From NCBI GenBank assembly GCA_964425305.1, contig CAYRMQ010000005.1:1-62435 (forward strand): a stretch of DNA of 62,435 nt. Reading direction: 5' to 3'. Shown here in pieces: positions 62,241 to 62,435 of the stretch; the stretch's first letter is position 1, and every line of letters begins with the position of its first letter. The position numbers and the translations under genes were made by a program. The notes beneath the pieces were generated by a model that was not told the DNA's origin, ran no database searches, and saw only the letters and a list, made by a program, of their open reading frames with translations. This DNA is from an uncultured Anaerolineaceae bacterium (GTDB taxonomy: Bacteria > Chloroflexota > Limnocylindria > Limnocylindrales > CSP1-4).

Positions 62241-62435
62241 CTAGTCGGGCCGGATGTTCTGGTTGTAGCGGAACAGGTTGTCCGGGTCGTACTCGCGCTT
62301 GAGAGCCTTCAGACGGTCGTACTTGGCCGCGCCGTAGGCCTGCCGGACGCGCTCCTCGCCTTCCTCCATCAAGAAGTTGACGTAGACGCTGGTGTGGTAG
62401 GGCGCCAGCGCCGACCAGTAGTCGCGCGCCCACTG
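62241..62435 (-). CDS. FAD-linked oxidase, C-terminal BBE domain fragment (gene runs off the right edge)
   Basis: Minus-strand frame reads QWARDYWSALAPYHTSVYVNFLMEEGEERVRQAYGAAKYDRLKALKREYDPDNLFRYNQNIRPD*, the typical BBE-domain C-terminus (YxNF...Y..RL..K..YDP.N.F..NQNI.P). Confidence 0.7.
   Translation of the reverse strand, partial: QWARDYWSALAPYHTSVYVNFLMEEGEERVRQAYGAAKYDRLKALKREYDPDNLFRYNQNIRPD

Noticed and set aside
62161-62433. 90-aa minus-strand ORF at the right edge.
   Set aside because: Wrong frame. The adjacent frame gives a textbook BBE-domain C-terminus ending at the TAG at 62243-62241.

Overview
This is a 62,435-bp, very GC-rich (roughly 70% by eye) bacterial chromosomal window. 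It is densely coding, with about 65 protein genes. I recognised no rRNA, tRNA, CRISPR array, transposase or integrase.

Most genes sit on the minus strand in long, tightly packed housekeeping operons with many 1-4 nt start/stop overlaps. In window order they are:
- hflX (partial) and a BON-domain protein
- ymdB-PHP-miaB-miaA
- rny
- recA-recX
- ruvB, an ABC-2 exporter, and tgt
- yebC-ruvC-ruvA
- an EF-G paralog plus a HisC-like aminotransferase
- a secreted EEP hydrolase
- a CopB-type Cu ATPase
- beta-PGM plus a GH65 phosphorylase
- fluoride riboswitch-crcB-DUF190
- hsp20-archease-rtcB
- tyrS
- a class A PBP
- infC-rpmI-rplT-pheS-pheT-cvpA-mpg-mutS2
- T-box-thrS
- a LuxR regulator abutting a 5'-truncated PAP2/haloperoxidase-like gene
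- two divergent operons of uncharacterised membrane proteins, with a HisKA_3/NarL two-component pair and a membrane-anchored cupredoxin
- vapBC
- a partial BBE/FAD oxidase

RNase Y, YmdB, MutS2 and a terminator-type T-box together in such a GC-rich genome suggest a Chloroflexota/Thermomicrobia-like origin (non-actinomycete Terrabacteria). This is inference only.

Two cis-regulatory RNAs are well supported: the fluoride riboswitch and the Thr T-box.

I found no clear-cut novel defence or mobile system. The best candidates for something undescribed are:
1. The 54.7-61.6 kb envelope cluster (sensor kinase, regulator, cupredoxin, paralogous small membrane proteins, SRPBCC).
2. The 1.5-kb insert that splits ruvA from ruvB, consisting of an RNHCP zinc-ribbon protein behind a 536-nt lower-GC leader.
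3. A small A/T-rich inverted-repeat family seen at three intergenic sites.
4. A His/Met/Cys-bearing 84-codon ORF upstream of copB.

Other observations are a probable non-AUG infC start with a long repetitive C-terminal tail, recurrent -10-like hexamers 7-11 nt upstream of start codons (leaderless mRNAs), and several perfect tandem duplications at gene junctions. The many long antisense ORFs in the track are GC-driven artefacts.
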